Part shown: positions 25,696 to 34,399 of the stretch, one piece after another
Layout: the number at the start of each line of letters is the position of its first letter
Numbering within the stretch: the stretch's first letter is position 1
From: Candidatus Bathyarchaeota archaeon
GTDB lineage: Archaea; Thermoproteota; Bathyarchaeia; TCS64
Direction of reading: 5' to 3'
Assembly (NCBI GenBank): GCA_043826455.1
Contig: JBDRQD010000056.1
Span: forward strand, 1 to 39,348
Length of the DNA: 39,348 nucleotides
Notes under the pieces: generated by a model
Database searches by the model: none
What the model was told of the DNA's origin: nothing
What the model saw: the letters and a program-made list of their open reading frames with translations, nothing else
Program-made: the position numbers and the translations under genes

Positions 25696-27683
25696 CACCA
25701 TTCCTCCTTGATTGCCCCGAACGGGCACTTGCTCTCGCATCTTCCACACTTGATGCACGTCTTCGCGTTGATGCTCGCCTTCTTCATGGTCTTCCCAGTC
25801 TTCGCGTCCTTGTTCGCGGTGAAGCTTATAGCGCTGGAGGGGCACTCCTTGGCGCATAGCTCGCAGCCCTTACACATCTCAGCATCCACCGTGTACCCCT
25901 TCATGAAGTGTTTACACAGGTGCGATGGGCATGTGCCCCCTGTGATGTGGGCGTCGTATTCGTCCCTGAAGTACATGAGGGTGCTGGTCACAGGGTTGGG
26001 GGCCGTCCGGCCCAAGGCGCAGAGGGATGAGTCGGCTATCACCTTCGAGAGTCTCTGAAGAGTCTCGATGTCCTCTAAGGTTCCCTCTCCCTCCGTTATT
26101 CGCTCCACCACCTCCAGCATGGCCTGCAGCCCTACCCTGCAGGGTGTGCACTTGCCGCAGGACTCGGCCGTGGTGAAGTTCAGGAAGTATCGGGCCAGGT
26201 CCACTATGCATGTGTCCTCGTCCAGGACGATTATTCCGCCGGACCCCATGATGGCGCCGGCGTCCTGCAGCGACTCGTAGTCCAGGGGCAGGTCAAGCCT
26301 GCTCTCGGGCAGGCAGCCGCCCGACGGTCCGCCTATCTGGACTGCCTTGAACCTTTTATCGTCCGGGACGCCGCCTCCTATATCAAAGATCAGCTGCCTC
26401 AGGGACATGCCGATGGGCACCTCGGCGGCCCCCGTTCTCGTCACCTTGCCTGCCAGGCAGTACACCTTGGTCCCCTTGCTCTTCTCGGTGCCCACCTTGG
26501 CGTACTCCTCGGCCCCCTTCACGATGAGGGCTGGGATGTGGGCCAGGGTCTCGACGTTGTTTATGGTCGTGGGTTTATCCCAGAGGCCCTTGGTGGCCGG
26601 GAAGGGCGGCCTCGGTCTGGGCATGGCCCGCTTCCCCTCTATGGCCGCCATCATGGCCGTCTCCTCGCCGCAGACGAAGGCGCCCGCGCTGAGCATCGGC
26701 TTAACCTCGAGGCTGAAGCCTGAGCCCAGTATGTTGTCACCGAGTAACCCGTACCTTTTAGCCTCCTTTATCGCGAGGGTCAGGTGCTCGGCCATCATGG
26801 GCTTCTCGGCCCTGACGAAGATGTAGCCCTCGCTCGCCCCTATGGCGTATGCGGCTATGATGAGTCCCTCGATCACCTTGTGGGGGTCTCCCTCAGCCGT
26901 GAGCCTGTTCATGAAGGCGCCTGGGTCGCCCTCGTCGGCGTTGCATATCATATACTTGACGTCGCCCTGGACCTGCCTGCAGAGCTTCAGCTTCAGGCCC
27001 GTCGGGAATCCGGCTCCGCCTCGGCCCCTCAGGCCAGACTTGGAGACCTCATCGATGACCGCGTCGGGGGTCATCTCCTTCATGACCCTGGACAGGGCTG
27101 CGTATCCGCCTGAAACTATGTACTCCTCAATGGATTTTGGGTCTATTACGCCACAGTTACGAATAACGTCTCTCTCCTGGTGCTTGAAGAAGGGAAGCTC
27201 GCTGAGGAGGGGCGCATCCCCTTCGCCCATCATCGTCCCCGTCCTCGTCCTCAGGGCGAAGGCCCCTGCAACTGAGCCGCCCAAATAAGCGTCCAGTAGC
27301 TCCTCGACTCTGTCGGGTGTCACGCCGCTGTAGATGGCCGGCGGGCTCCCTTTATTCTCGACCTCCACCATGACCTCGGCGTAGCAGGAGCCCATGCACC
27401 CGGTCCTTACCAGCTTCGCTGTAGGATACTTCTTGGAGAGCTCCCTCTTCAAGGCGTCGTACACCGCCTGGGCTCCTGACGCGAGGCCGCAGGTGCTGGT
27501 GCCCACAGTCACGCGGAGCCCGCCTATCCCGTACAGAGTCTCCTCAACGGCCTCCAGTTTTCTGGCTCTACAGCCGTCATCGCTGTGGCATAACGGGCCC
27601 TGCGTTCTGCATGGTATGAAGTCCGGGCACGGGTTCTCGGCCGAGTGGCTGCACTTGTCGCAGCACTTGTTCACGAGCCTCAT
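25695..27683 (-). CDS. HydB/NuoF-type FMN/NADH subunit with thioredoxin-like 2Fe-2S domain and C-terminal 2x4Fe-4S
   Basis: TCG.ASGA, GCMGSC, GRGGAGFPTG, CNADEGDPGAFM, CGEETA, ESCGKCTPCR, SLC.LG, H...TCP..LC, two CxxCxxCxxxCP. Confidence 0.95.
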   Translation of the reverse strand: MRLVNKCCDKCSHSAENPCPDFIPCRTQGPLCHSDDGCRARKLEAVEETLYGIGGLRVTVGTSTCGLASGAQAVYDALKRELSKKYPTAKLVRTGCMGSCYAEVMVEVENKGSPPAIYSGVTPDRVEELLDAYLGGSVAGAFALRTRTGTMMGEGDAPLLSELPFFKHQERDVIRNCGVIDPKSIEEYIVSGGYAALSRVMKEMTPDAVIDEVSKSGLRGRGGAGFPTGLKLKLCRQVQGDVKYMICNADEGDPGAFMNRLTAEGDPHKVIEGLIIAAYAIGASEGYIFVRAEKPMMAEHLTLAIKEAKRYGLLGDNILGSGFSLEVKPMLSAGAFVCGEETAMMAAIEGKRAMPRPRPPFPATKGLWDKPTTINNVETLAHIPALIVKGAEEYAKVGTEKSKGTKVYCLAGKVTRTGAAEVPIGMSLRQLIFDIGGGVPDDKRFKAVQIGGPSGGCLPESRLDLPLDYESLQDAGAIMGSGGIIVLDEDTCIVDLARYFLNFTTAESCGKCTPCRVGLQAMLEVVERITEGEGTLEDIETLQRLSKVIADSSLCALGRTAPNPVTSTLMYFRDEYDAHITGGTCPSHLCKHFMKGYTVDAEMCKGCELCAKECPSSAISFTANKDAKTGKTMKKASINAKTCIKCGRCESKCPFGAIKEEW

Positions 27684-28192
27684 CGCCTGTCAGCTCCATC
27701 CGCTTTATACTTTGATAGAATGCGTCGAACCTTCGCGGGGTCCAGGTTGCCGTAGAACTCCTCATCGATCTTCATAACGGGCGCGAGGCTGCAGGCCCCG
27801 ACGCATCTGACCTGTTGAAGAGTGAACACGCCGTCCTTGGAAGTGTCTGTCGGCGGTGTGATCCCCAGCTCGCCTAGTATGAGCTCGTTGACCTCCAGCG
27901 ACCCCTTGACGTGGCAGGCTGTGCCCCTGCACACAGTGATCATGTGCCTGCCCTGGGGTCGGAGTCTGAACTGGTGGTAGAACGTAGCCACGCCGTAGAT
28001 GTGGCTGGTGGGCAGCCTCAGGAGCTGTGAGACCCTCTCTAGGGCCTGTTCGGGGAGGTACCCTAACTCTGACTGGATATCCTGGAGGAGGGGGATAAGC
28101 ATGCTCTGCTTATTATCGTGATGACGATAACGCTCAAAGGCACGATCAATAACGAGCCTAATACTATCAGTAGCTTCAGACATATTCGCCAC
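27680..28192 (-). CDS. HydC/NuoE-type 2Fe-2S subunit
   Basis: LIPLLQ.IQ...GYLP, GVATFY, VC.GTAC, CVGAC.LAP. Confidence 0.95.
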   Translation of the reverse strand: MANMSEATDSIRLVIDRAFERYRHHDNKQSMLIPLLQDIQSELGYLPEQALERVSQLLRLPTSHIYGVATFYHQFRLRPQGRHMITVCRGTACHVKGSLEVNELILGELGITPPTDTSKDGVFTLQQVRCVGACSLAPVMKIDEEFYGNLDPAKVRRILSKYKADGADRR

Positions 28193-28264
28193 GTCGGCTT
28201 TCCTATAATGTGCATTCCATCCATTTTTAAAGGTTACAAGCCTGTTAAATTAAGCTGAAAAAAA

Positions 28265-28927
28265 TTAAATGAGCTCTTTCAGAACCCGCGCCATCAACAC
28301 GTTGCTCTGGATAACCGGTTTACCCGTCTCCTTGGCGACCCTGTCCTTGAGCTCAGTGGGGAACCCGAAGCAGTTAAGGAAGATCAAGTCAAGGTCCTGC
28401 TTCTTGAGCCTCTTAACCAGTCCGTCCACGTCCTTGGGCTCATAGGGAGACACTGAGTCAGCGTACACCTTCACTCCAGGTCTCCCAAACTCCTTCTCCG
28501 CGTATGGCGTCTGCTCCACGGCGGGGAAAACAACCCCCAGCTTGCCCTCCTTGAGGCTCCCCTCTATAACGCCCCTGAGAATCTCTGACGGCGTCACCAC
28601 AAGGCCCCTGGACTTGAACTGGGGGAACTTGCCGGTGCACATCACCACAGTGAGCCTGACGCCTTTAGCCTCCAGCTCGTCCAAGCGCCTCTGCATCAGA
28701 GGAAGTATATACTTCTTGGTGATCTTGATCTCGGTGCCGTCCCGCATCCTGCTCACCAAGATATAGTCCTCGGGGTTCAGAGGTATCCTCTTAACGTCCT
28801 CCATGGTCTTGTCGTCCAAGGCCCCGGCCTCCAAAATCTCGACATCGTCCCCCAGCACGTCCATGAGGATGGGGAGGATGTCGTCCCTGGGGGACTGGCC
28901 TATTGTGAGCATTCCTATCTTCTTCAT
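28265..28927 (-). CDS. AroM family protein
   Basis: TIGQSPR.D, GALD, LVSR.RDG, CTG.F, SPY, L.C.GF. Confidence 0.9.
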   Translation of the reverse strand: MKKIGMLTIGQSPRDDILPILMDVLGDDVEILEAGALDDKTMEDVKRIPLNPEDYILVSRMRDGTEIKITKKYILPLMQRRLDELEAKGVRLTVVMCTGKFPQFKSRGLVVTPSEILRGVIEGSLKEGKLGVVFPAVEQTPYAEKEFGRPGVKVYADSVSPYEPKDVDGLVKRLKKQDLDLIFLNCFGFPTELKDRVAKETGKPVIQSNVLMARVLKELI

Positions 28928-28984
28928 GGGTTGAATCTCTGCGCCCACATCCTATATGGTTTGCCGCGTAGAATGGGGCCCCGG

Positions 28985-31849
28985 CTACATGAACCGCTTC
29001 CGCAGGGCCTCCCGCTCGGCCTCTATGATGCGCTCGAAGAACTCGTCCGTCTCCCCCTCGGTCTGGGCTAGGATGTCCCACGCCACCGTGAGGTCCACGT
29101 ACTTGGCTGAGGCGACGATGGCCGCCCTGCGCCCGTACATGGACACCAGCTTGGAGGCGTCAACGCCCCGGTTCCACCAGCGGGGAGGCTCGCGGCTGCT
29201 TCTCTTGGTGGTCTGCTGGAGCTCAGCCGTCTCCTCGTATGACCGATCGAAGACCCCTATCTCCGTGGAGCCGCACACAGGGCACATGATCCTCTCAGGG
29301 TAGTCCTTCACCTGCCGCTCCTCCAGCCAGTCCCTCTTGCCCAGACACGCCAGGATGCGGGTCTCGTTGTATATCCTAGCCTTGGCGGACTCCAAGATGA
29401 TGCGGGTCATCTTCTCCGGGGGCACTATGTCGGTCTTCATGCTGATGCTGTCGACGCCCAGCTTACCAAGGGGGCTCACCTCGCCCTCTGTCTCTAGGAT
29501 GACTACCTCGATCTCGCCGTCAGCCATCTTCCTCAGCAAGTCGGCTGTGGCCTCCACGTCCAGGTCCTGCCTGAGGGTGTCCTTCATAGCCTCCTCGAAG
29601 ATGATGGTGCCCTCAAAGCTCTTCATTAGCCGCCCCAGTGTGATGTTGCTGAAGTTGGCAAACTTGCTCAGAGCTCCAGCCTTCCTGGCCACGTTGATGA
29701 GCCTCTTCTTGAAGAGGCCCGTCTTGGTAACAGCCTCCTTGATTACCTGGTCCATGTTGCTGTTAGCTAGGCTCCGGAGCAGACGGGCGACGTACTGGCT
29801 GTCCACTCCTCCCACGGTCTGGGTTATGATCATGTAGGTGTCCTGCTGGACCCCCACGGGGTAACCGGTGTCCTCGCTGATGACGTGGCCCACCACCCGG
29901 GCCAGGGTCCTGTTGGCGAGACTGCCGAAGTTGGCGTGGATGATGACGTTGTCCTCCCAGTCCTCCAGTACCACCCTTTTATTGGTGGGGACAAGGTAGC
30001 CCGACTCTACGTGATCCACCACCTCTGCAAGGGCCCGCTTGATGGTGTGGATGTTGGCGGGGTACTTATACTGGAGTTCGCTGGCTATCTTGTCGAGGCC
30101 GACGCCGCTCTTTGTGCTTTCCTCCACGGCGCCCTTGATCTCCCCCACCTCCATAGCCACCTCCAGGGGCACAGGTATCTGCTCGCCCACCCAGCTGGGT
30201 ATAGCGCCCGTGGGGTCGTCCTCCGCTCGGACATATATCTTGTCGTTGTGGACGTTGAGTATCTTCCAGGGGCTGCCCCTGAGGGTGAACTTGACGCCCG
30301 GCTTGGCGTACTCGGCCACGAAGGCCTCCTGGAGGATGCCCACGGGGGCATCCTCGTCCACGTCCACAATGAGGTAGTCCTTCTCGTCGGGGATCATGCT
30401 CAGGTTGTTGAAGAAGTACCTGTACATGGTCTTCCTGCTGCCCCTTGGCTTGATCATCACCTCGTCCTCCTCGCTGAGCCAGGCCAGCCTGGGGAACCTG
30501 TCGTGCATGTACCTGGCCGCCTTGAGCACATCCTCCTCGGTTAGCTCCATGTAGGGGTAGGCGTGGTCGAACAGGTTCTTGGCTTGGAGGAAGTATAGCC
30601 TGCTTCTCTGCATGAGCTCGGCTATGAGCTGGTTCACTAGCACGTCGTAGGGCTTATCGGGCACCTGCAAGGGTTCCATGATCTCCTTGAGGGCGCGGCG
30701 GCATATCACCATGGATTCCAGGGCGTCGTCGCTGTTCATGGCTATGATGACGCCTTTGCTGGTCTCCTCGATGCTGTGGCCGCTGCGGCCCACTCTCTGG
30801 AGGAGCCGGGTCACCTGCCTGGGGCTGTTGTACTGGATGACCAGGTCTATCCGGCCTATGTCTATGCCCAGCTCCAGGCTGCTGGTGCAGATGACGGTCT
30901 TCAGGTCGCCTGACCTGAGCCCCTTCTCGGTGGCTATCCTGCTGGTCTTGGCCAGGCTGCCGTGGTGGATGCTAAGAGGGAAATCCATGTCCCACACGTT
31001 GAAACGGCTGGTGAGGGCCTCGCTGGTGCTCCTGGTGTTGGTGAATATGAGGGTGGTGTCGTGCTGCTCTATGAGCTCCTTCATCACCTTGAGCCTGACA
31101 GCTACCTCGGGGTGGGTGAACAGTTTGCGGGCAAGCTCGTAGTCCTCGGCGTCGGGCTCAGGGTACACTATGTCAAGCTGGGTGTCCCTGAGGGCTGAGA
31201 CCTGCACGATCTCCACGGGCCTCTCGGCGCCCACCAGGAACTGGGCGACCCTCTCGGGGCTGCCTATGGTGGCGCTGAGGCCTATAAACTGGATAGGATT
31301 CTCAGTAACAGCCCTTATCCTCTCCAAGGCCAGGCTCAGCTGGCTGCCCCTCTTGTTGTCGGCCAACTCGTGTATCTCGTCTATGACGACCCACCTGACC
31401 GTCTTCAGGTGCTGCTTGATGGTGCGTCCCTGGAGTACGGCCTGCAGCGTCTCAGGGGTGGTGATGAGCATGTCCGGGGGGCTGCGCCTGAGGTAGCTGC
31501 GCTCTCTCTGACTGGTGTCCCCGTGGCGGACCCCCAGCCTCATGTCCAGCCTGTTGCACCAGTAGGTCATCCTATTCAGGATGTCCCGGTTCAGCGCCCT
31601 CAGGGGAGTGATGTATATGATGCTTATGCCTGGCTGGCGTCCACCGTTCAACAGGAACTGGTGGAGTACCGGTAGAACGGCGGCCTCCGTCTTGCCTGTG
31701 GCCGTGGCTGATATCAGTAGAACGTTCTTACCCTCCAGTATTAGGGGGATGAGCCGCCTCTGAGGCTCCGTGGGCTCCACGAAGCCCTTCTCCTCCACAA
31801 GTCTCCTCACTGGGCGGCAGAGCTGCGAAAACACGTTCTCCTGCGTCAA
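28985..31849 (-). CDS. lhr: Lhr-type ATP-dependent SF2 helicase
   Basis: ATATGKT, TPLRALNRD, TTPETL, DEIH, SAT, HHGSL, LELGIDIG, QRVGRSGH; probable TTG start at 31849. Confidence 0.93.
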   Translation of the reverse strand: MTQENVFSQLCRPVRRLVEEKGFVEPTEPQRRLIPLILEGKNVLLISATATGKTEAAVLPVLHQFLLNGGRQPGISIIYITPLRALNRDILNRMTYWCNRLDMRLGVRHGDTSQRERSYLRRSPPDMLITTPETLQAVLQGRTIKQHLKTVRWVVIDEIHELADNKRGSQLSLALERIRAVTENPIQFIGLSATIGSPERVAQFLVGAERPVEIVQVSALRDTQLDIVYPEPDAEDYELARKLFTHPEVAVRLKVMKELIEQHDTTLIFTNTRSTSEALTSRFNVWDMDFPLSIHHGSLAKTSRIATEKGLRSGDLKTVICTSSLELGIDIGRIDLVIQYNSPRQVTRLLQRVGRSGHSIEETSKGVIIAMNSDDALESMVICRRALKEIMEPLQVPDKPYDVLVNQLIAELMQRSRLYFLQAKNLFDHAYPYMELTEEDVLKAARYMHDRFPRLAWLSEEDEVMIKPRGSRKTMYRYFFNNLSMIPDEKDYLIVDVDEDAPVGILQEAFVAEYAKPGVKFTLRGSPWKILNVHNDKIYVRAEDDPTGAIPSWVGEQIPVPLEVAMEVGEIKGAVEESTKSGVGLDKIASELQYKYPANIHTIKRALAEVVDHVESGYLVPTNKRVVLEDWEDNVIIHANFGSLANRTLARVVGHVISEDTGYPVGVQQDTYMIITQTVGGVDSQYVARLLRSLANSNMDQVIKEAVTKTGLFKKRLINVARKAGALSKFANFSNITLGRLMKSFEGTIIFEEAMKDTLRQDLDVEATADLLRKMADGEIEVVILETEGEVSPLGKLGVDSISMKTDIVPPEKMTRIILESAKARIYNETRILACLGKRDWLEERQVKDYPERIMCPVCGSTEIGVFDRSYEETAELQQTTKRSSREPPRWWNRGVDASKLVSMYGRRAAIVASAKYVDLTVAWDILAQTEGETDEFFERIIEAEREALRKRFM

Positions 31850-31945
31850 GGCTTGCGGCAACCTTCTACGCAGCCTAAAATAATAAAGTTGCTCATGCCC
31901 CATCTGAGAAGGTTCTTAACCGGCCCTTCCCGAGAAGCCCGTGAA

Positions 31946-32362
31946 ATGAGCGTCGACGACGAGCTTGAGAAGATAAAGCAGGACATGATGAGGCGCATGG
32001 TGAACGCCAAGCCGTCCAAGACCACCTTTCTAAAGTCAGGGGAAGTCAACGAGCTGACGGATACCAGCTTCCACGCGGCGCTCGCCGAGACAGATAAGCC
32101 CGTCCTGGTGGACTTCTGGGCCGAGTGGTGCGCTCCCTGCAGGATGATGGCCCCCGTGGTGCACCAGATGGCCTCCGAGCTGAGTGGCAGAGCCTTCGTG
32201 GCCAAGCTCAACGTGGACCAGAACCAGAGGACAGCCGCCCAGTTCGGCGTCATGAGCATTCCCAACTTCATTGTCTTCAAGGGAGGAAAGCCCGCCGGGC
32301 AGGTCGTGGGCGCCGTCGGCAAACCAAGCTTACTGCAGCTACTTCAGCGCCACATGCCCTAG
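31946..32362 (+). CDS. trxA: Thioredoxin with N-terminal helical extension
   Basis: VDFWAEWCAPC, KLNVD, SIP. Confidence 0.93.
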   Translation: MSVDDELEKIKQDMMRRMVNAKPSKTTFLKSGEVNELTDTSFHAALAETDKPVLVDFWAEWCAPCRMMAPVVHQMASELSGRAFVAKLNVDQNQRTAAQFGVMSIPNFIVFKGGKPAGQVVGAVGKPSLLQLLQRHMP

Positions 32363-32396
32363 TTTTAAATACCCACCTAAATGATTCTAAACCGTC

Positions 32397-32651
32397 ATGG
32401 CCGAGTATGTTACCAGGCAGCACATAATAGCGTTCCTGGGCGGTTTCCTTATAGGTAAGGTTCTGGGGGCTTGTGTGAGTCTTCTACCCATCTGGGGCCT
32501 GCTGCTGGAGGACCCCGACCTGGGGGGGCTAGTACTGGAGGAGTTCATGATCCAGCTTCTCGCCTTCAACCTTTACCACTACGTCCTCGGGATAATCGGC
32601 GGCCTGATTCTAGCCATCTTGGTGGAGACTCGTAGGCTGGAGGAAGCATAG
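32397..32651 (+). CDS. Small membrane protein
   Basis: Hydrophobic 84-aa ORF with host-like codon usage. Confidence 0.7.
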   Translation: MAEYVTRQHIIAFLGGFLIGKVLGACVSLLPIWGLLLEDPDLGGLVLEEFMIQLLAFNLYHYVLGIIGGLILAILVETRRLEEA

Positions 32652-32872
32652 GTCGGAGGGTGGGTAGGACTAGCCTAGAGCTGTTCTTCCTACCATGATG
32701 CACCGTGTTGTTAAAAAAGCGTATTTTATCTAATACTCAAATATAATCCAGTTTTGACTAATATAGAACCATTTGAATGAGATTTTTTTTTTCAATAATA
32801 AAAAAATACTAATAAAAAATCGATTATTTCATATAATACTAAATACAAGTTTCAATAGATAGTAAAAAATAC

Positions 32873-33328
32873 TTGGGTGGTGTGTGTATAAACCCCAACC
32901 TATTAGCGGACAGATTGGCGAGTATGAGGAAGGAAGACTGGATACAGATATTGAGCACATTCGATCCTCCTCTCACTGAGAACCTTTCTAATGTCATTGG
33001 ATATGATCTACCAGAAAACGACATAATCACGTCGAAGATGATTACATTCGCGAATGTCTTGAACCAGAGTATACGAGACGCCGAAACATATAGAATGATT
33101 CCCTCCGAGCTTCGTCTGTTTCTGGAGTCTAACAGTGAGGCCATGTACGCCCTGGGCCGCAGGCTCACTGAAGCGGTGAACGCGAGGGATCAGGTAACAG
33201 TAATACGAGATTATATAGACATGGCAAAAAGTAACTCCGAAAAAAAATGCGCTAAATGTGAGTTAATGGAGATAATAGAGGCCATCGAGACTATCGTGAA
33301 CTCTTCCTTCCTAGATACCTCAGTCTGA
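32873..33328 (+). CDS. Hypothetical helical protein (lower GC)
   Basis: 151-aa ORF after a very AT-rich spacer; C-terminal CAKC; start uncertain. Confidence 0.65.
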   Translation: MGGVCINPNLLADRLASMRKEDWIQILSTFDPPLTENLSNVIGYDLPENDIITSKMITFANVLNQSIRDAETYRMIPSELRLFLESNSEAMYALGRRLTEAVNARDQVTVIRDYIDMAKSNSEKKCAKCELMEIIEAIETIVNSSFLDTSV

Positions 33329-33421
33329 GGCCCCAGCCAATGGTCCCACTTACAGGCGCCTCCCCCTCTATATCTTGTTTAGAAGGACATAAAAACCAGG
33401 CACCCGGTTACTAGGTGTGAC

Positions 33422-34399
33422 GTGAGCACATTGAGCAGCGGAATGTGGGCTGAGAAGTACCGTCCCAAGACTCTGGACGAGATAGTCAACCAGAAGGAGA
33501 TAGTGAGCAGGCTCAAGAGCTTCGTGCAGGAGAAGAACCTACCCCATCTTCTCCTAGTGGGCCCCGCCGGGGTGGGTAAGACCACCAGCATCCTGGCCCT
33601 AGCCAGAGATCTATACGGCCCAGGGTACAGGAACTTTGTGCTGGAGCTCAACGCCAGCGACGAGCGAGGCATCGACGTCATCAGGGATAAAGTGAAGAAC
33701 TTTGCCCGTACAGCCGCCATAGCCAGCTCCGTCAGCTTCAAGATACTCATCATGGACGAGGCGGACAGCCTGACCTCGGCCGCGCAGCACGCCCTCCGCC
33801 GCACCATGGAGATATACACCAAGACCTGCCGCTTCTGCCTCCTCGGTAACTACAGCGAGAACATAATAGACCCCATCCAGAGCCGGTGCAGCATATTCCG
33901 TTATGGCCCTCTCGATGAATCAGACGCCAAGGGATGGATAAAGTACATTGCGAAGAATGAGGGCGTCGAGGTACTCGATGAGGGGCTAGAAGCCCTGTAC
34001 CAAGCCAGCGGAGGAGACCTGAGGAAGGCCACCAACCTGCTTCAGGCCGCAGCCGCGACCAAGAGCGCCATAGACGACATCACGGTGTACGAGGTGCTGG
34101 GCAAGGTGAGCCCCGAGAGGGTCCGCGCCATGATACAGAAGGCCCTGGACGGGGGCTTCATGGAGTCCAGGGACATCCTGAGGGAGCTCCTCATAGACCA
34201 GGGCCTGGCGCCGGACGACATCATCAGGATGACCTACAGTGAACTCATGAGGCACACGGGCATCTCCGAGAAGTGGAAGGTGAAGCTCAGCGACACGGTG
34301 GGCGAGGTGGATTTCAGGCTAACCCAGGGGGCCCGCCCGGAGATACAGCTCAGCACCCTCCTGGCCCACCTGGCACTAGCAGGTGAAAAAATAAGGTGA
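33422..34399 (+). CDS. rfcS: Replication factor C small subunit
   Basis: WAEKYRP, GPAGVGKT, ELNASDERGID, DEAD, IQSRC, GDLR; no intein. Confidence 0.97.
   Translation: MSTLSSGMWAEKYRPKTLDEIVNQKEIVSRLKSFVQEKNLPHLLLVGPAGVGKTTSILALARDLYGPGYRNFVLELNASDERGIDVIRDKVKNFARTAAIASSVSFKILIMDEADSLTSAAQHALRRTMEIYTKTCRFCLLGNYSENIIDPIQSRCSIFRYGPLDESDAKGWIKYIAKNEGVEVLDEGLEALYQASGGDLRKATNLLQAAAATKSAIDDITVYEVLGKVSPERVRAMIQKALDGGFMESRDILRELLIDQGLAPDDIIRMTYSELMRHTGISEKWKVKLSDTVGEVDFRLTQGARPEIQLSTLLAHLALAGEKIR

Noticed and set aside
24871..28192. [FeFe]-hydrogenase or respiratory complex I
   Set aside because: No H-cluster motifs and no membrane Nuo subunits; the A subunit ends shortly after its ferredoxin domain
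32700..32872. Replication origin
   Set aside because: No recognisable ORB repeats and no adjacent cdc6/orc1
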